NCBI GenBank assembly: GCA_030167865.1
Contig: JALAGF010001241.1
Coordinates: 1 to 35,948 of the forward strand
Direction: 5' to 3'
Length of the DNA stretch: 35,948 bases
Origin: Craspedostauros australis
Taxonomy: Eukaryota
The notes under the pieces are model-generated. The model searched no databases. It was given only the letters and a program-made list of their open reading frames with translations, and was not told where the DNA came from. The translations under genes were made by a program, and so were the position numbers. Shown here in pieces: positions 10,989-21,902 of the stretch. The number at the start of each line of letters is the position of its first letter. Within the stretch, counting starts at the first letter, position 1.

Positions 10989-13914
10989 GGTCGTCGATTC
11001 TCGCTTGCGCAGATGCTCGTGCTCGTTGGGTTCTCTTTTGTCAACACTGATGTTGTGGCGATGTTGTGGCGATGTTGCTGCTGTTTCCGTTGCGGTTCGT
11101 TGGTTCAATTTGTGAGGCAGCTGAGAGTTGAGATGCCAGATCGATTGCGATGTGGATGATGAAGATGATGGTAGTGTGCTGATGGGCAACAAGATGGGCG
11201 GGACTGTGGTAGTAGAGGACTTGTCTCTGTCTCTCTCTGGATGGCAGTGTTTGGCGATGTCGTTTGTGCTTTGGGCAAGGTTGTGTCTGAGCTGTGCCTC
11301 CTTCCTCTCAGTCTTCCTGGATTCCCAAACACTCTTTTCGCCTTTTTCTCACCAGCTGATTCCTCCCCTTGATGTGTGCCGTTGTGTCCGTCACGTTCCT
11401 CCTCTTTCGGAGTTGGTGATGGTGTCTTTGGTTCGTTACTGTTCTCCTTGAGCACTGGAAGCACGGATGTAATTAGCACATGCATCGCCTTGAACGAACA
11501 AGATCGCATCGTCGCCACCTGGCGTTGTCCACAACGCCGACAGAACGGAAGACAGAACGGTACGAGCAGTTGGTTCTTGGCGGTCATGGAACATCTGTCG
11601 CCTCTTGTCGCCGCCAGAAACACGGTGATGATTGGTCGTCTTCGCCGCCACCAACACCACGTACAGAGATTCATTAAAAGCGAATCTCCAAAACACGAGA
11701 ATTGTGGCGTCGTGGCAATGTCGACGTCATCACACTTAAGATGTCTTCGCCGATCCTTGCCATCCACGTTTCCAGAAGAAGAAGAATTTGAATCTCCCAT
11801 CATGGATTGCGTCATCACATTTAATGCACGACAATTCCGAACATGACATCAACCAAACACAAGGAATCTGTATCGCTTTCACATTTCCGCGTCATCGCGA
11901 CACCGAGAACGGCCTGATCTGCATCAACGCAAGAGCCAAGGCCTGCTCAAACACTTGAACACGCAACACTCAAAGTGCACGAGGACGAACAATTAGCATC
12001 CATCCATCCATCCCAGGGACCCAGAATCAGAATCAGGGAGCAACCAATGCGAGAATGAAAACGATCAAGACAATGCCAATGAGTGTTTGCAGATTCTGGG
12101 ATCGAAAAGGCCGTCTTTTGTGGGACCTCATCTGCCTCCTTGTGCATTGAGATGTGGGCGATGATGAATTTTCTCCCTTGTCCCAACAGGACAACAGCGC
12201 GACGACGACCACAACGATGCCGTCATCTTCGCGTCCTTTCGCGACAGCCGAATTGAGCGAGGGACGTTTGGATTCTCCTAGGTGGGGCCAAAGGAAAAGG
12301 AGTTGGAGAACTGTGCCACTCCACCAATAGTCGTAGTAGCCATGCCGTTGGAGAAGGATGTCACAACGATGGACTTTCGCCGAGTCATCATCAAAGAGGA
12401 ACCATACAGTCGTCGTCATCATTCCCACGAACTCGATCATCGGCATATCACGATTAGGAAAGGTGGGGTGGTTGGAGGTTGACGTGGTCCGGTCCTGGTC
12501 GGTTCTCCCACCCATCACCTCTTGGGCATGATCACAAAACTTGAATGGCTGGCTACGGATATGCTGCTGATCTAAAATTACCTAACGCCGTTCCCCTGGA
12601 AGAGTATGCTCTCCTCTGCAATGGCGCTCTCCACGGCGAGATTGAATGCTGTACTTCTGCGCCGTTGTTGTGTGTGTGGGCAGCTTGAAAATGGGCTCCT
12701 GTGAGTATTGGTCCCCTTCATGCTCCCCTCCACCCGTACTCTCTCCAGACTTTCGTAGGAGCGTCACAGGCGTGTGTGCGTGCGTGCTACTACTGAGCAA
12801 TGTTGGTCAAAATAACCGCCGACAGTTTGAGCAGAGTAGTTGCGTGCCAATCGAATGCGTTGTCACTTCCCGTCTTTGTATGATTTGTCCCTCCCAATTC
12901 ATATCGTACACATCGGAGGGTCCCACTATTGCATAGAATGCAGTCGTATTGAGCACGCCTCAGGATGTCCATACTGCTGTCGTCAAGGCGCAGGATGACT
13001 CCTTTGCGCTTCACAACCTTCCCAACATCCATCCTGATCCAACGTCACAACCGCTGCCCGAATGATCGGACGCGTGAACGCACGGATGCAGGTGCGAATG
13101 CAACCCAAAGAGGAACTCGCAACCAACGAAATCGAATCAAACTGAAGCATCCCTTCATGACCCAGAGATAATTACACTATTATATCGTTTATCTCGACAC
13201 CGTGTTAAATTTTGAACGCGTTTGTCCTACCACGGCCTACGTGAAAACTAAATCTGTACCATCGTTTACTAGTGCTATCGTTGGGAACCACTGAAATTAT
13301 GTTTCACCATACTTCATCATCTTCCATAGTAGATACCCCGATTTTATTTTCATATCTGGAATCCGCATAAGCTGCAGATCTGTTTTAACCTCTTTGGAGT
13401 GTTTCTTTCTAGGCCAGTATTTTTATTTGTGGCCTTCAAGTTGCAGCACTATCGGCAACGCTGTTGCGTTCCGTCCTCGTCGACTATCTGTCTGTGGTCT
13501 TCATACGTGCCCATGAACCTTTCCTCACCCAAAGATGGTTGAGTTCTGCTCATCCCTCTCTTCGTTCTTGGATACGATAGCCTCCGGAAGGGGACAGCAA
13601 TGTATGTTGCCCACAATCCGCGTGTCACTGAGCAATTTCACTCCAGTCCCGCAGTCTAGAGTTGATTCACGAGTACTTCAGGCTCGATTAACGATAAGAT
13701 GGCAGTAAGAAACATAAAACTTAAAAATAATCATAGGAAAGCTGTACTCAAGAGCTTTCGAACTATGTAAAGAAAATGGTATTGTACATGTAGATGTTGT
13801 CATAAAAATTGAACATAACTGAAACTGAAAACGTTAAACGATTTATTGTATCGTTTAGGTCATGAAGGGATAGCAGTTGCCTCGAATGACCGTCTCCTCC
13901 GCGATACACCGGCG

Positions 13915-15633
13915 CTACCGCCTGGATATATTCCTCAAGCACATGGCGATCTTTTGACGTGCCACGGTATCCGAAACCTCCTCCCAAAAATTGCCGCTGG
14001 CGTCGCGCTTGACGAAACGCACGCCGCGCCCCTTGAGCTCGGCCATGATGTTGGTAGAGATGGTCGTCTTCTCGCTGCGCGACGATGCGTCGTTGTACTT
14101 TCTCTTGCGTGTTTCCAGCAGCTCGATGAGCTTGATGTTGCCCGAGTAGGACTGGTAGGGCCAGCCGCGGCCCAGCAAGATGTCGTCGACGAAGGGGAAA
14201 CAGATGAAGCTGGGATTTGACATCTTCGACATGTACATGTTCCACAGATGCGCCTCGATTTCTCGCTTGCCCTGCAGGTAGGACGCGATGAGCTCCCTGC
14301 GCGGCGTGCCGTCAGTATCCAGCGGCATCTTTCCGGATGGGACGCCGTACGTGGTGAGCTCGTAGGTGCATTCCAGAGGAGACCCGAAGTGAACCCTCGT
14401 TCGCAAACGCACCGTCTTGGGACAGATACTGATGAGGAGGCTGATGACCGATCCCAGGCGCTTATCGTTGACGCACAGGTGGTTGCTGGAATACCGGACC
14501 GGCATGGAATCCACCGCCTTGAATTTGCCCATGAACCGCATCGCATCCAGGCACAGGTACATTTGGGCCGCCGTGCACCCGATCACATTGAAGACGCTGA
14601 TTGTGCTCTTCTGCGTGTCATATCTGTCCGACGCTGCCGACCTGCCAGGATTGTTGCCCGTCGCGTGCGTGCCGGGCACATCGGCAGGAAGTATGGTGGC
14701 GTTGATGTACCACATGGATTGCAGGTACGATAGTGCGGTCTTGTAGTGAAAGCTGGCGGGATTGAGGATGAGCACCGTCCGCCCTCCAGGGGTATCGTTG
14801 GGCGCATCGTAACGCACGACCGCACCATCCTGCAACGACCTCTGCGCGTCGTCATCAAGGTCCGACCAGAGGATGGGACGCAGGAATCGGTGCTCCCCGA
14901 ATATCGCCAGCTTCATCTCGAAGTACTTGGTCAGCATCAAGGCCGCCTTGCTGACCTGCCACTGCGCGCTGCGCAGGATCTTGAGCCTCAAGTGGACATC
15001 CTGCACGGTGGGCGGTGACAGAAAGGCGGCCTTGCTGTAGGCCTCTTTCTGCCGGACGTTCTTGATCTCGCGATCCATGGCGCGAAGGCTCTGGTCGATG
15101 AGCTGCGGCGTTTCCTGGATGTCCTGCTTTACGCCGTGGACGTCTTCGAATACGGTCTCTCTGTCATCGAGAGACAGCGACTTGAGGTCTTCGGCCAGCA
15201 TCATTTCGCCTTCCCTGATGGTGTCGCCGATGCCGGATGCGTCCGTTCTGGCGGGCGCAGTGGAGGAGGACGATGGCGGGCGACGTGAGTAGAACCGCAG
15301 CGGATCATCTGACCTGTCTGTTGATGCCGAAAATGAATGAGACATTCCGAAGAAGTTGGTGGATCGAGCATGTTGGGTGTTGAAAACACTGCTGTGTTCA
15401 CCGACATTCATTCTCGTCGCGCTGCTGGAAAGACAGAAGCAGTTGGCCCCGTTGCTGTCCTCTCCGGACGATGCGGCTGATTCACCGGACAAACCGACGC
15501 GCATGGTCTTGTGACTGCTTTCCTGCGTCGCGAGGACTCCATGGGATTGGTTGCGATATTCCGGAACCACCTCCTCCTTCGTCTGCGGTTGCGGCTGCAG
15601 TCCAGTTGCCGGGTGTTCGTGTCGACGCTTCAT
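13915..15633 (-). CDS. Sec14/CRAL-TRIO-like + C-terminal DUF6824 protein, paralogue 1 (~572 aa)
   Basis: First in-frame ATG 15633 (MKRRHEHP). LSLDDRETVFEDVHGV..ETPQLI..KEAYSKAAFLSP..RLKILRS..AA..YFEMK..FG; RTRVHFGSPLECTYELTTYGVP; DDILLGRG..GN..Y..K..GVRFVKR..WEEVSD..ARQKI..LRN. Confidence 0.85.
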   Translation of the reverse strand: MKRRHEHPATGLQPQPQTKEEVVPEYRNQSHGVLATQESSHKTMRVGLSGESAASSGEDSNGANCFCLSSSATRMNVGEHSSVFNTQHARSTNFFGMSHSFSASTDRSDDPLRFYSRRPPSSSSTAPARTDASGIGDTIREGEMMLAEDLKSLSLDDRETVFEDVHGVKQDIQETPQLIDQSLRAMDREIKNVRQKEAYSKAAFLSPPTVQDVHLRLKILRSAQWQVSKAALMLTKYFEMKLAIFGEHRFLRPILWSDLDDDAQRSLQDGAVVRYDAPNDTPGGRTVLILNPASFHYKTALSYLQSMWYINATILPADVPGTHATGNNPGRSAASDRYDTQKSTISVFNVIGCTAAQMYLCLDAMRFMGKFKAVDSMPVRYSSNHLCVNDKRLGSVISLLISICPKTVRLRTRVHFGSPLECTYELTTYGVPSGKMPLDTDGTPRRELIASYLQGKREIEAHLWNMYMSKMSNPSFICFPFVDDILLGRGWPYQSYSGNIKLIELLETRKRKYNDASSRSEKTTISTNIMAELKGRGVRFVKRDASGNFWEEVSDTVARQKIAMCLRNISRR

Positions 15634-15684
15634 TGTCAAGAGGGCTCGACAAGCAAGGCGGTCGTAGGCGATGTGTCGTATGAG

Positions 15685-15762
15685 TGCGTGTGTGTGTACG
15701 TGTGTGTACGTGTGTGTGTACGTGTGTGTGTACGTGTGTGTGTACGTGTGTGTGTAAGTGTG
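15685..15762. repeat. Tandem repeat of ~12-bp unit GTGTGTGTACGT (about 5-6 units) just upstream of paralogue 1
   Basis: gtgtgtgtgtacgtgtgtgtacgtgtgtgtgtacgtgtgtgtgtacgtgtgtgtgtacgtgtgtgtgtaagtgtg. Confidence 0.9.
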
Positions 15763-17560
15763 CGAGTTGAAAGTTGATGCCGTGGCTTCAACGATTGGTG
15801 ATGCGTCTGATGACGGTGCTCCTTTCTTGGCAGCCCTCGGATGTCGTAATTGTACGAGTATCGGTTTGTTGAAAGCTGTGCGGTGCCAGCGCAGATGCTC
15901 CTGTGTGGCGGAGACGCGGCAGGATACTGTAGAGGGAAAAGTGCGTGGATGTGTCAGAATAGTTTGTCGATGATAGAAAATAATGAGCGATGGAGAGTGG
16001 CGCCTTGTGATCTGCAGCCGCGATGACGATCGCGCAATCGCAGTCGCAATCACAGTTGCAAACACAGTCGCAACCGCGGCCACACCGGCCACGGTGCCAA
16101 CGACGATTGCAGCAACCCAACACCCACGCACTGGGTTGTTTGGTGGTGCTCTTCCGTGGCCGGTACCATAAGTCGTGAAGCATTTCCATCCACGGTCCCA
16201 CCGGTAGCGCGAAGCTGTTCTCTTGCGCGAACATAGTGTTCCGGGGGATCTGGCCTGGGCTATTCGTGCGATGTCTCTCTGGTTCGTGTTTTGGCAGGAT
16301 TCGGTCGAGGATTGCGGAGTATTAGCAGATCGTGCATGATCCGAATGACCTCTTCCGTATCTCCGTTCTGGAATGGCGCAAGTACTTCGAGGAACACTTC
16401 CGACACAGCGGTCGCGCGTTCTATGATGTTCCGCAATTTTGTCTCCTTCGCCACTTCGTCCGCTGTGTCGCGCAGAAGCAAATCGCTCCACCCACAACTG
16501 TTCGAGGGAGAGGCAGTGGTAACCCTTCAAGGTGCTAGTAGCTCAGAGCTCGTACATTGTAGGTGCACAGAACGTGATCTACGACCTATGGCGTGAGGTG
16601 CCCCACCCCTCGTTGTCCTTTCGCTCCGGCCATCACCCAGAAATGCTGGATACCGGGTTGTTCCTGGTGTGAGAAGAGACATCACAAAAGTCCTTCCAGA
16701 ATATAGTAATACAGTTAACCAGCTCGGTGTATCTGTGTTGCGCCGCCCATGGCCGCAAACCAGGATACAAGTGTAACTGTTAAATTGGCGTTGCGATGTG
16801 AACACGGGTGTCAACCAATCAGGTAGCAGCAGTAGTGTGGCCCAGCATACAGGTTGCTCTCATTAAGACTCATAATCTGCGTTCTTTCGATCCCACAACT
16901 CGTATTGGGTCTCATGCGTGCAATAACTTGGCCGCTTTGGCTCAGGGGGGAAGAAAACCTTCATTGGGACTCGCCACCCGCGTCCATTCCTTTCTCCTTC
17001 AGGCAGTACCTCAAGGAAACTACAGAGAGCCCAGGCACGATCTTGGTGTGTTCGAGTGGACGCGCGCTATCTTTTTCTGGACGTTTCGTGACGCTGAGGC
17101 AATTCACGCGCAATGATAGGTACACGGATCATTGTGACGCCTTGCACAGCGCCCATGGTTGGAGGGAATGAGACTTTCTTGGGGATTCCTTCACAGGCGT
17201 TAAAATTCCTGCCAATCGCGAACGGGTTCGACATTTACGGACATAGTTTGGTCTTGAATTTAGTACGCGGTGAAATAAATAAAAGCTACATTTTTACTGA
17301 GTCCAACATGAGTTTGATCCAGTGAGTCGTTGCAAGAGTTGGCGCGGGATTGGGATGTGGAGTTTGCGACCTCTCTGGATCGTGGATGCAAATCCTCACG
17401 CGGCAACAACAGTGCGGTGGGCGGTTCTGACGTCGCAACGTATCCGACAACTCTCCTCAAAGATCTGCCAACATGGATCACAATACTATTTGGACTTCAC
17501 ATTCGTTCTGCTCTTCTCCACACTCTGCTCCGCTTCGTCAGTCCACTTTGTCCCTCATCG

Positions 17561-18775
17561 ATGACGCCAAGCCACACAATACTGGCCCCAGTTGCACTCC
17601 TTTTCACGTTGTCGCAGTGCCACGTCTTTGCGATCCCATCTCCTGATCCCAATCCATTCCACCTTTCACAGTATCACCCACATCAGCAGCAGCAGCAGCA
17701 GCAGCAGCAAGAAAGACGCACAATGACCGATCCCTCCGTCCATCCCTCCATCGCGGCTGTCATCAAGTCCATCCAGCATGACATCATCGGCACGGACGCG
17801 GGCGATCGCGGCATGAAGCCCCTCATCGTGGAGGACGATCTGCTGCTCGCATCCCACGCCGTCGTGCATCAGTTGCCGCCCAACAGCACGGTGCTCGTCC
17901 TGTCCGGCTTTCCCTGCTGCGTGCAGCACACGCCGCCAACGGAGACGGACGGCCCACCGGGAACGGTCGCCATTGCGCGTGCTGTGGCGGCCTGCGGACA
18001 TCAGGCCGTCATCGTCACGGAGGATTGCAACGAGGCCGTCTTTGCGGCCGCCATGGCCGATGTCACGGGTTCCGTGCGGTTGGAATGCTTTCCTGGAACG
18101 GCCACCATCGTCAGCGAGGCGGATCAGCGAGTGTACGACGATGACAAGGATACGCAGCAGCGTTTCTACGACTTGGTGCGGCAGTGCGGCATGATCATCG
18201 CGTGCGAACGGGCGGGACCGGCCAAGGATGGCAAGTGCTACACCATGAGAGGCATCGACATGACAGAACGCAAGCTCATCGCGCCTCTCGATCAGCTCGT
18301 CGCCGCCATGAGGAGTCAGGACGCCGCGTCGGCCACGAAGCCCAAGAGGCTGTTCGTGGCCATCGGCGATGGCGGCAACGAGCTGGGAATGGGCAAGGTG
18401 ATCGATGCCGTCGTGGCGTCGCCCAAGATCGCTCACGGAGACAAGATCGGCTGCGTCGTTGCCGCGGATCATCTGATCGCGGCCAGCGTCTCCAACTGGG
18501 GTGGTTACGCCCTTGCCGCGTGCATCGCATTGCAGCAGGTCAACTCGTCTTCCACAGAACAGCAGCAATTTGGTGCGATACAAGGGTGGATTGAGCGCTG
18601 TTTGCCGACCGATGCAAACGAAATCGCATTGCTGGATCGATGCGTCGCGAAGGGGTGCCGCGATGGAGCCAGCGGGCAGCTCGAAGCGACGGTGGATGGC
18701 ATGCCATTGGAACGCAGTTTGCAATGCTTGAGGGACATTCGAAAGATCTCATTGTCAGTCAGCGAGACCAAATGA
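17561..18775 (+). CDS. D-glutamate cyclase-like protein (DUF4392 / DGLUCY C-terminal domain), intronless; alternative ATG 17723
   Basis: Motifs DAGDRG, LSGFPC, ETDGPPG, ERAGPAKDGKCYTMRGIDM, IGDGGNELGMGKV, ADHLIAASVSNWGGYALA, G..DG..VDG are characteristic of DUF4392. Confidence 0.85.
   Translation: MTPSHTILAPVALLFTLSQCHVFAIPSPDPNPFHLSQYHPHQQQQQQQQQERRTMTDPSVHPSIAAVIKSIQHDIIGTDAGDRGMKPLIVEDDLLLASHAVVHQLPPNSTVLVLSGFPCCVQHTPPTETDGPPGTVAIARAVAACGHQAVIVTEDCNEAVFAAAMADVTGSVRLECFPGTATIVSEADQRVYDDDKDTQQRFYDLVRQCGMIIACERAGPAKDGKCYTMRGIDMTERKLIAPLDQLVAAMRSQDAASATKPKRLFVAIGDGGNELGMGKVIDAVVASPKIAHGDKIGCVVAADHLIAASVSNWGGYALAACIALQQVNSSSTEQQQFGAIQGWIERCLPTDANEIALLDRCVAKGCRDGASGQLEATVDGMPLERSLQCLRDIRKISLSVSETK
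17683..17710 (+). repeat. (CAG)n microsatellite encoding Q9 in the putative N-terminal extension
   Basis: cagcagcagcagcagcagcagcagcaa. Confidence 0.9.
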
Positions 18776-19031
18776 TAACGCATAATGAAATGTGATGCGC
18801 AATACAAATTATAGATGCCATAGAAGCTATTCTGCTGCTGCTGCTGTTCTTGGTGCGCGACAACTGTGCTTTGACTGTATCAAGGATGACGGTATTCCAC
18901 CGCGAGAAGTGTCGATGTTAACCGTTCTCTTTCGTTTTAATTAGTATATCATGTAAAATCGTGCGTGTGTATCGATCTGCGCGAGGCAACGCCGGATGGT
19001 CGTCCACGAAGACGACGTACTTGGGCGCACC

Positions 19032-21080
19032 TTAAGCATCCAAGAATGCGGTGGCGGCAGAGGCTGTGGCGCTCGCGGCCGATTCGGTCAGCCTCTCCAT
19101 CCATGTCTTGCGGTCCTCCTGCTCGGGCGTCGCGGGGGCGTCGTTCCACGACGCTTCGCAATCGTCGCTGGTGCTGCTCTCGTGCGCCATGTCGTGCAGG
19201 TTGCGGTGCATGTCACGATCCACGCGGCTGCGTTGCTTGGCCTTGTGGTGTCCTCTGGTGCGGTGGAATGACTCGTTCAGGCTACGATCAAAGACGTCCA
19301 CCATGCCATTGTCCTTCTCCTTCTTCTCGGCGACCTTAGCGTCGTTGGTATCCGCAGTGTTGCGGAAGGATCTGAAGAAGAAGCCATGGCTGTGAGAGCT
19401 GCTGCCATTGTTGGCCTTGGTGGCGTCACCCGCATCTGGAGTTGCGTCGCTGCAGCTGATGCCGCTTGCTTTCCTGTCGTTCTTGGCCGCGGCGAAGAAG
19501 GACCACTTGGACATGCTACTGTGCAGGTCCTTGTGGTCGTGATCGTGATCGTCGCCGCCCAGATTCTGACGTGGCGAGGACAGCGGCGCCCTTGGAATCG
19601 GAGAGCCTGCCGAGTCCGTCGTGGCAGACGTCGAGCTCGTCATGTCTGCACCTTCGTCAAGATCGTTCCAATCCACGATGAAGTTCCCGCAGACGTTGTC
19701 GCTGTCGCGGCTGCTGGCGCTTGCGTCGGGCTGGAACGACGACGACGATTTGTCGAACACGATGGTTTCTTCCTTTGCCGTTGGCTCGGGCAGCATATCG
19801 TACTCGCTGTACGCATTGGCATCGTGGTGGCTGGAGTTGAAGAGCAGGATCGATAGGCGGCCTGCGGAAAGGTTCGAGGTGGAGTCCGGTGACGACCAAT
19901 GGATGTGATTGTCGTCGTCGTCCTCCTCTTCCTGCGGAGCATCGTTGGCTTCCAGCTGTTTGGTGGCCTTGGCTCGCGCCCTTGGCGACATGGTCTGCGG
20001 GAAGGACAGCGACGAGATGATGGAGAATGGAATATCCATAATGGGCTTGGCGAATTTGGACGGAGATCCGGTTGATGGCGGGGTGAACATGGAACCAGAA
20101 GCAGAACTGGCGATCGTCGCCTCATCTCTCTTGCCATTGGTGTTGTCATGCTCCTTCTCATCGGGCAGGTGCGACCTGTACGCGCGCAGCAGCTTGTTTT
20201 GCAACGCCACGACGTCCTGATACGCTTGGAAGCGCTCGACCTGCTCTTCTGCCAGCTCGCTGACCTTGGCGGCAATCTTCGCATTGTCCTCCTTGGATTG
20301 CAGCTGGATGGCATCGCATTCCTGCTTGTTCCACTTTGTCAGATCCTCCTGGAAGCGTTCCAGCAGTTGGATCTGGTTGGGGTAGACCTGGACGAAGCGG
20401 TGCATGGCCTGCAGGACGCAGGCTTGCTTCTGAACGATGTTGAGGTTCGGCATGAGATCGTGAACGCTGAGATTGAACGATTCCTTCGAGGCCGGCGTGT
20501 CATCTTTCGCCACTGCAGAGCTGCTATCTGCGCTGCCGGTGTCTGTGGTGGTTGTGGCCTCCACCTCGTTGGCATCGTCCCTGCCGTCATCTTGGATGTC
20601 ACCATCTTCGTTGTTGGGTTCGGATTGTGATGGGTTCCGATGGTACGATGATTTCATGATGGCAACGTAGACGGGCAATGGTTTGTTGTTGACCGACAGA
20701 GACTCCGCCAGCTTCTTCGTGCTGTGAAGGGAAGAGCGTCGCATTGGTGCCTTGGAAGTTGACAACGACGGCGACGACATGGTGGACAAGGATGGGAACG
20801 ATGCTCGCTTGGAAGGTGAAGGCGCGTAGAATTCAGGCGACAGAGAGGGGGGCGGTGGAGGCACGGCAAAGGACGAGGAAGACGTGGAGTGGGTGCTCTC
20901 GCCCATGCCGTCCGAACCGCTCTCGACATGATCGCTGAGGGCCTGCCATGCCTGCTGCAGGAGGAAGTGATGATTGCGTTCCTCCTGTTGATGGAGGATG
21001 TGCTGGTTCTGGCTGTCGCACTTGAGCTGTCGCAGCTCTTGGCGCAGCTCGTTCACGCGGTCGTCGATGCTCGGTGTCAT
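19032..21080 (-). CDS. Hypothetical Ser/Asp-rich, largely disordered protein with coiled-coil segments (682 aa)
   Basis: Long ATG-initiated ORF with GC3-rich codons; heptad-like RVNELRQELRQLK and QLLERFQEDL..KVSELAEEQVERFQAYQDVVALQNKLL; no family recognised. Confidence 0.8.
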   Translation of the reverse strand: MTPSIDDRVNELRQELRQLKCDSQNQHILHQQEERNHHFLLQQAWQALSDHVESGSDGMGESTHSTSSSSFAVPPPPPSLSPEFYAPSPSKRASFPSLSTMSSPSLSTSKAPMRRSSLHSTKKLAESLSVNNKPLPVYVAIMKSSYHRNPSQSEPNNEDGDIQDDGRDDANEVEATTTTDTGSADSSSAVAKDDTPASKESFNLSVHDLMPNLNIVQKQACVLQAMHRFVQVYPNQIQLLERFQEDLTKWNKQECDAIQLQSKEDNAKIAAKVSELAEEQVERFQAYQDVVALQNKLLRAYRSHLPDEKEHDNTNGKRDEATIASSASGSMFTPPSTGSPSKFAKPIMDIPFSIISSLSFPQTMSPRARAKATKQLEANDAPQEEEDDDDNHIHWSSPDSTSNLSAGRLSILLFNSSHHDANAYSEYDMLPEPTAKEETIVFDKSSSSFQPDASASSRDSDNVCGNFIVDWNDLDEGADMTSSTSATTDSAGSPIPRAPLSSPRQNLGGDDHDHDHKDLHSSMSKWSFFAAAKNDRKASGISCSDATPDAGDATKANNGSSSHSHGFFFRSFRNTADTNDAKVAEKKEKDNGMVDVFDRSLNESFHRTRGHHKAKQRSRVDRDMHRNLHDMAHESSTSDDCEASWNDAPATPEQEDRKTWMERLTESAASATASAATAFLDA

Positions 21081-21879
21081 GGTGCGCTATGCTATTCTGT
21101 GGCGTCGCGTTGTCAAGGTCGCTTGTTCTGCTGTCTGCGTATGTGTGGACGTGGATAGGGTTGTGCGTTGAATCGAGAATGCAGAGATACGATACGTGTA
21201 CTATACGAAGTGAGATGATGATGAGATTGATCTGCCAGAGCTTCGATTGCTGTGCGAGTCGAAAATTGTGAGAAGTGTTGGTTTGGGACGAGGCCCACCC
21301 ACACACCCAAACAACATCTGCACACACACGCGAATGCCGCATCAAAGAGAGACAGACAGGCAGAGAGCGACAGAAGGTGGAAGTGGAGAGGCGTTTCGTC
21401 GACTGCACACCGTCTTTGTTGGCCTTGGCTGGACGGGCGATATCGCTTTCGCTTGCACCATGCACGGTGTCTCTGCTTTGTCCAATTCACACAAGGTATT
21501 TGCGAATAGGAAGATTGCACGGCCATCTTGCATTCGCAGGGGACGTAGAATCTGCATCGACATGGCACTGTGCAGGATTCGCGGTTTCCCATCGTCCTTG
21601 TTTGCCGCCCAGCTCTGTCTCTCTCTTTTGCTCGCATGTTTGTGCAAACTGGTCTGTGCATACGAGTATGGTGCGAACAACACTGCCTCACGGCTCTTCC
21701 CTCTGCTCCTCGATTGCTACACGGTTGCGTTGCTCACTCACACTTTGTGATTTTTATGACAAGAACATGGAAGATCCTGTTCGCACAGGTCGCAGCGTTT
21801 GTGTGGACGCCTACTCAAGCAACCGGTTGCTTGCGTAGTGCTCACGCTTCGGGATCTTTAGGCTTGCGTGGAGTGTGGT

Positions 21880-21902
21880 TTGAATTGAATTGAATTGAAT
21901 TG
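21880..21902. repeat. (TGAAT)4 pentanucleotide repeat
   Basis: ttgaattgaattgaattgaattg. Confidence 0.85.

Noticed and set aside
12790-13032. ORF with KRKGVILRLDDSS as a fourth DUF6824 remnant
   Set aside because: Resemblance limited to a few residues; no GRG..GN or WEEV motifs
13170-13870. Lower-GC spacer as centromere-like or transposon sequence
   Set aside because: Only moderately AT-rich; no terminal repeats or RT/transposase motifs recognised
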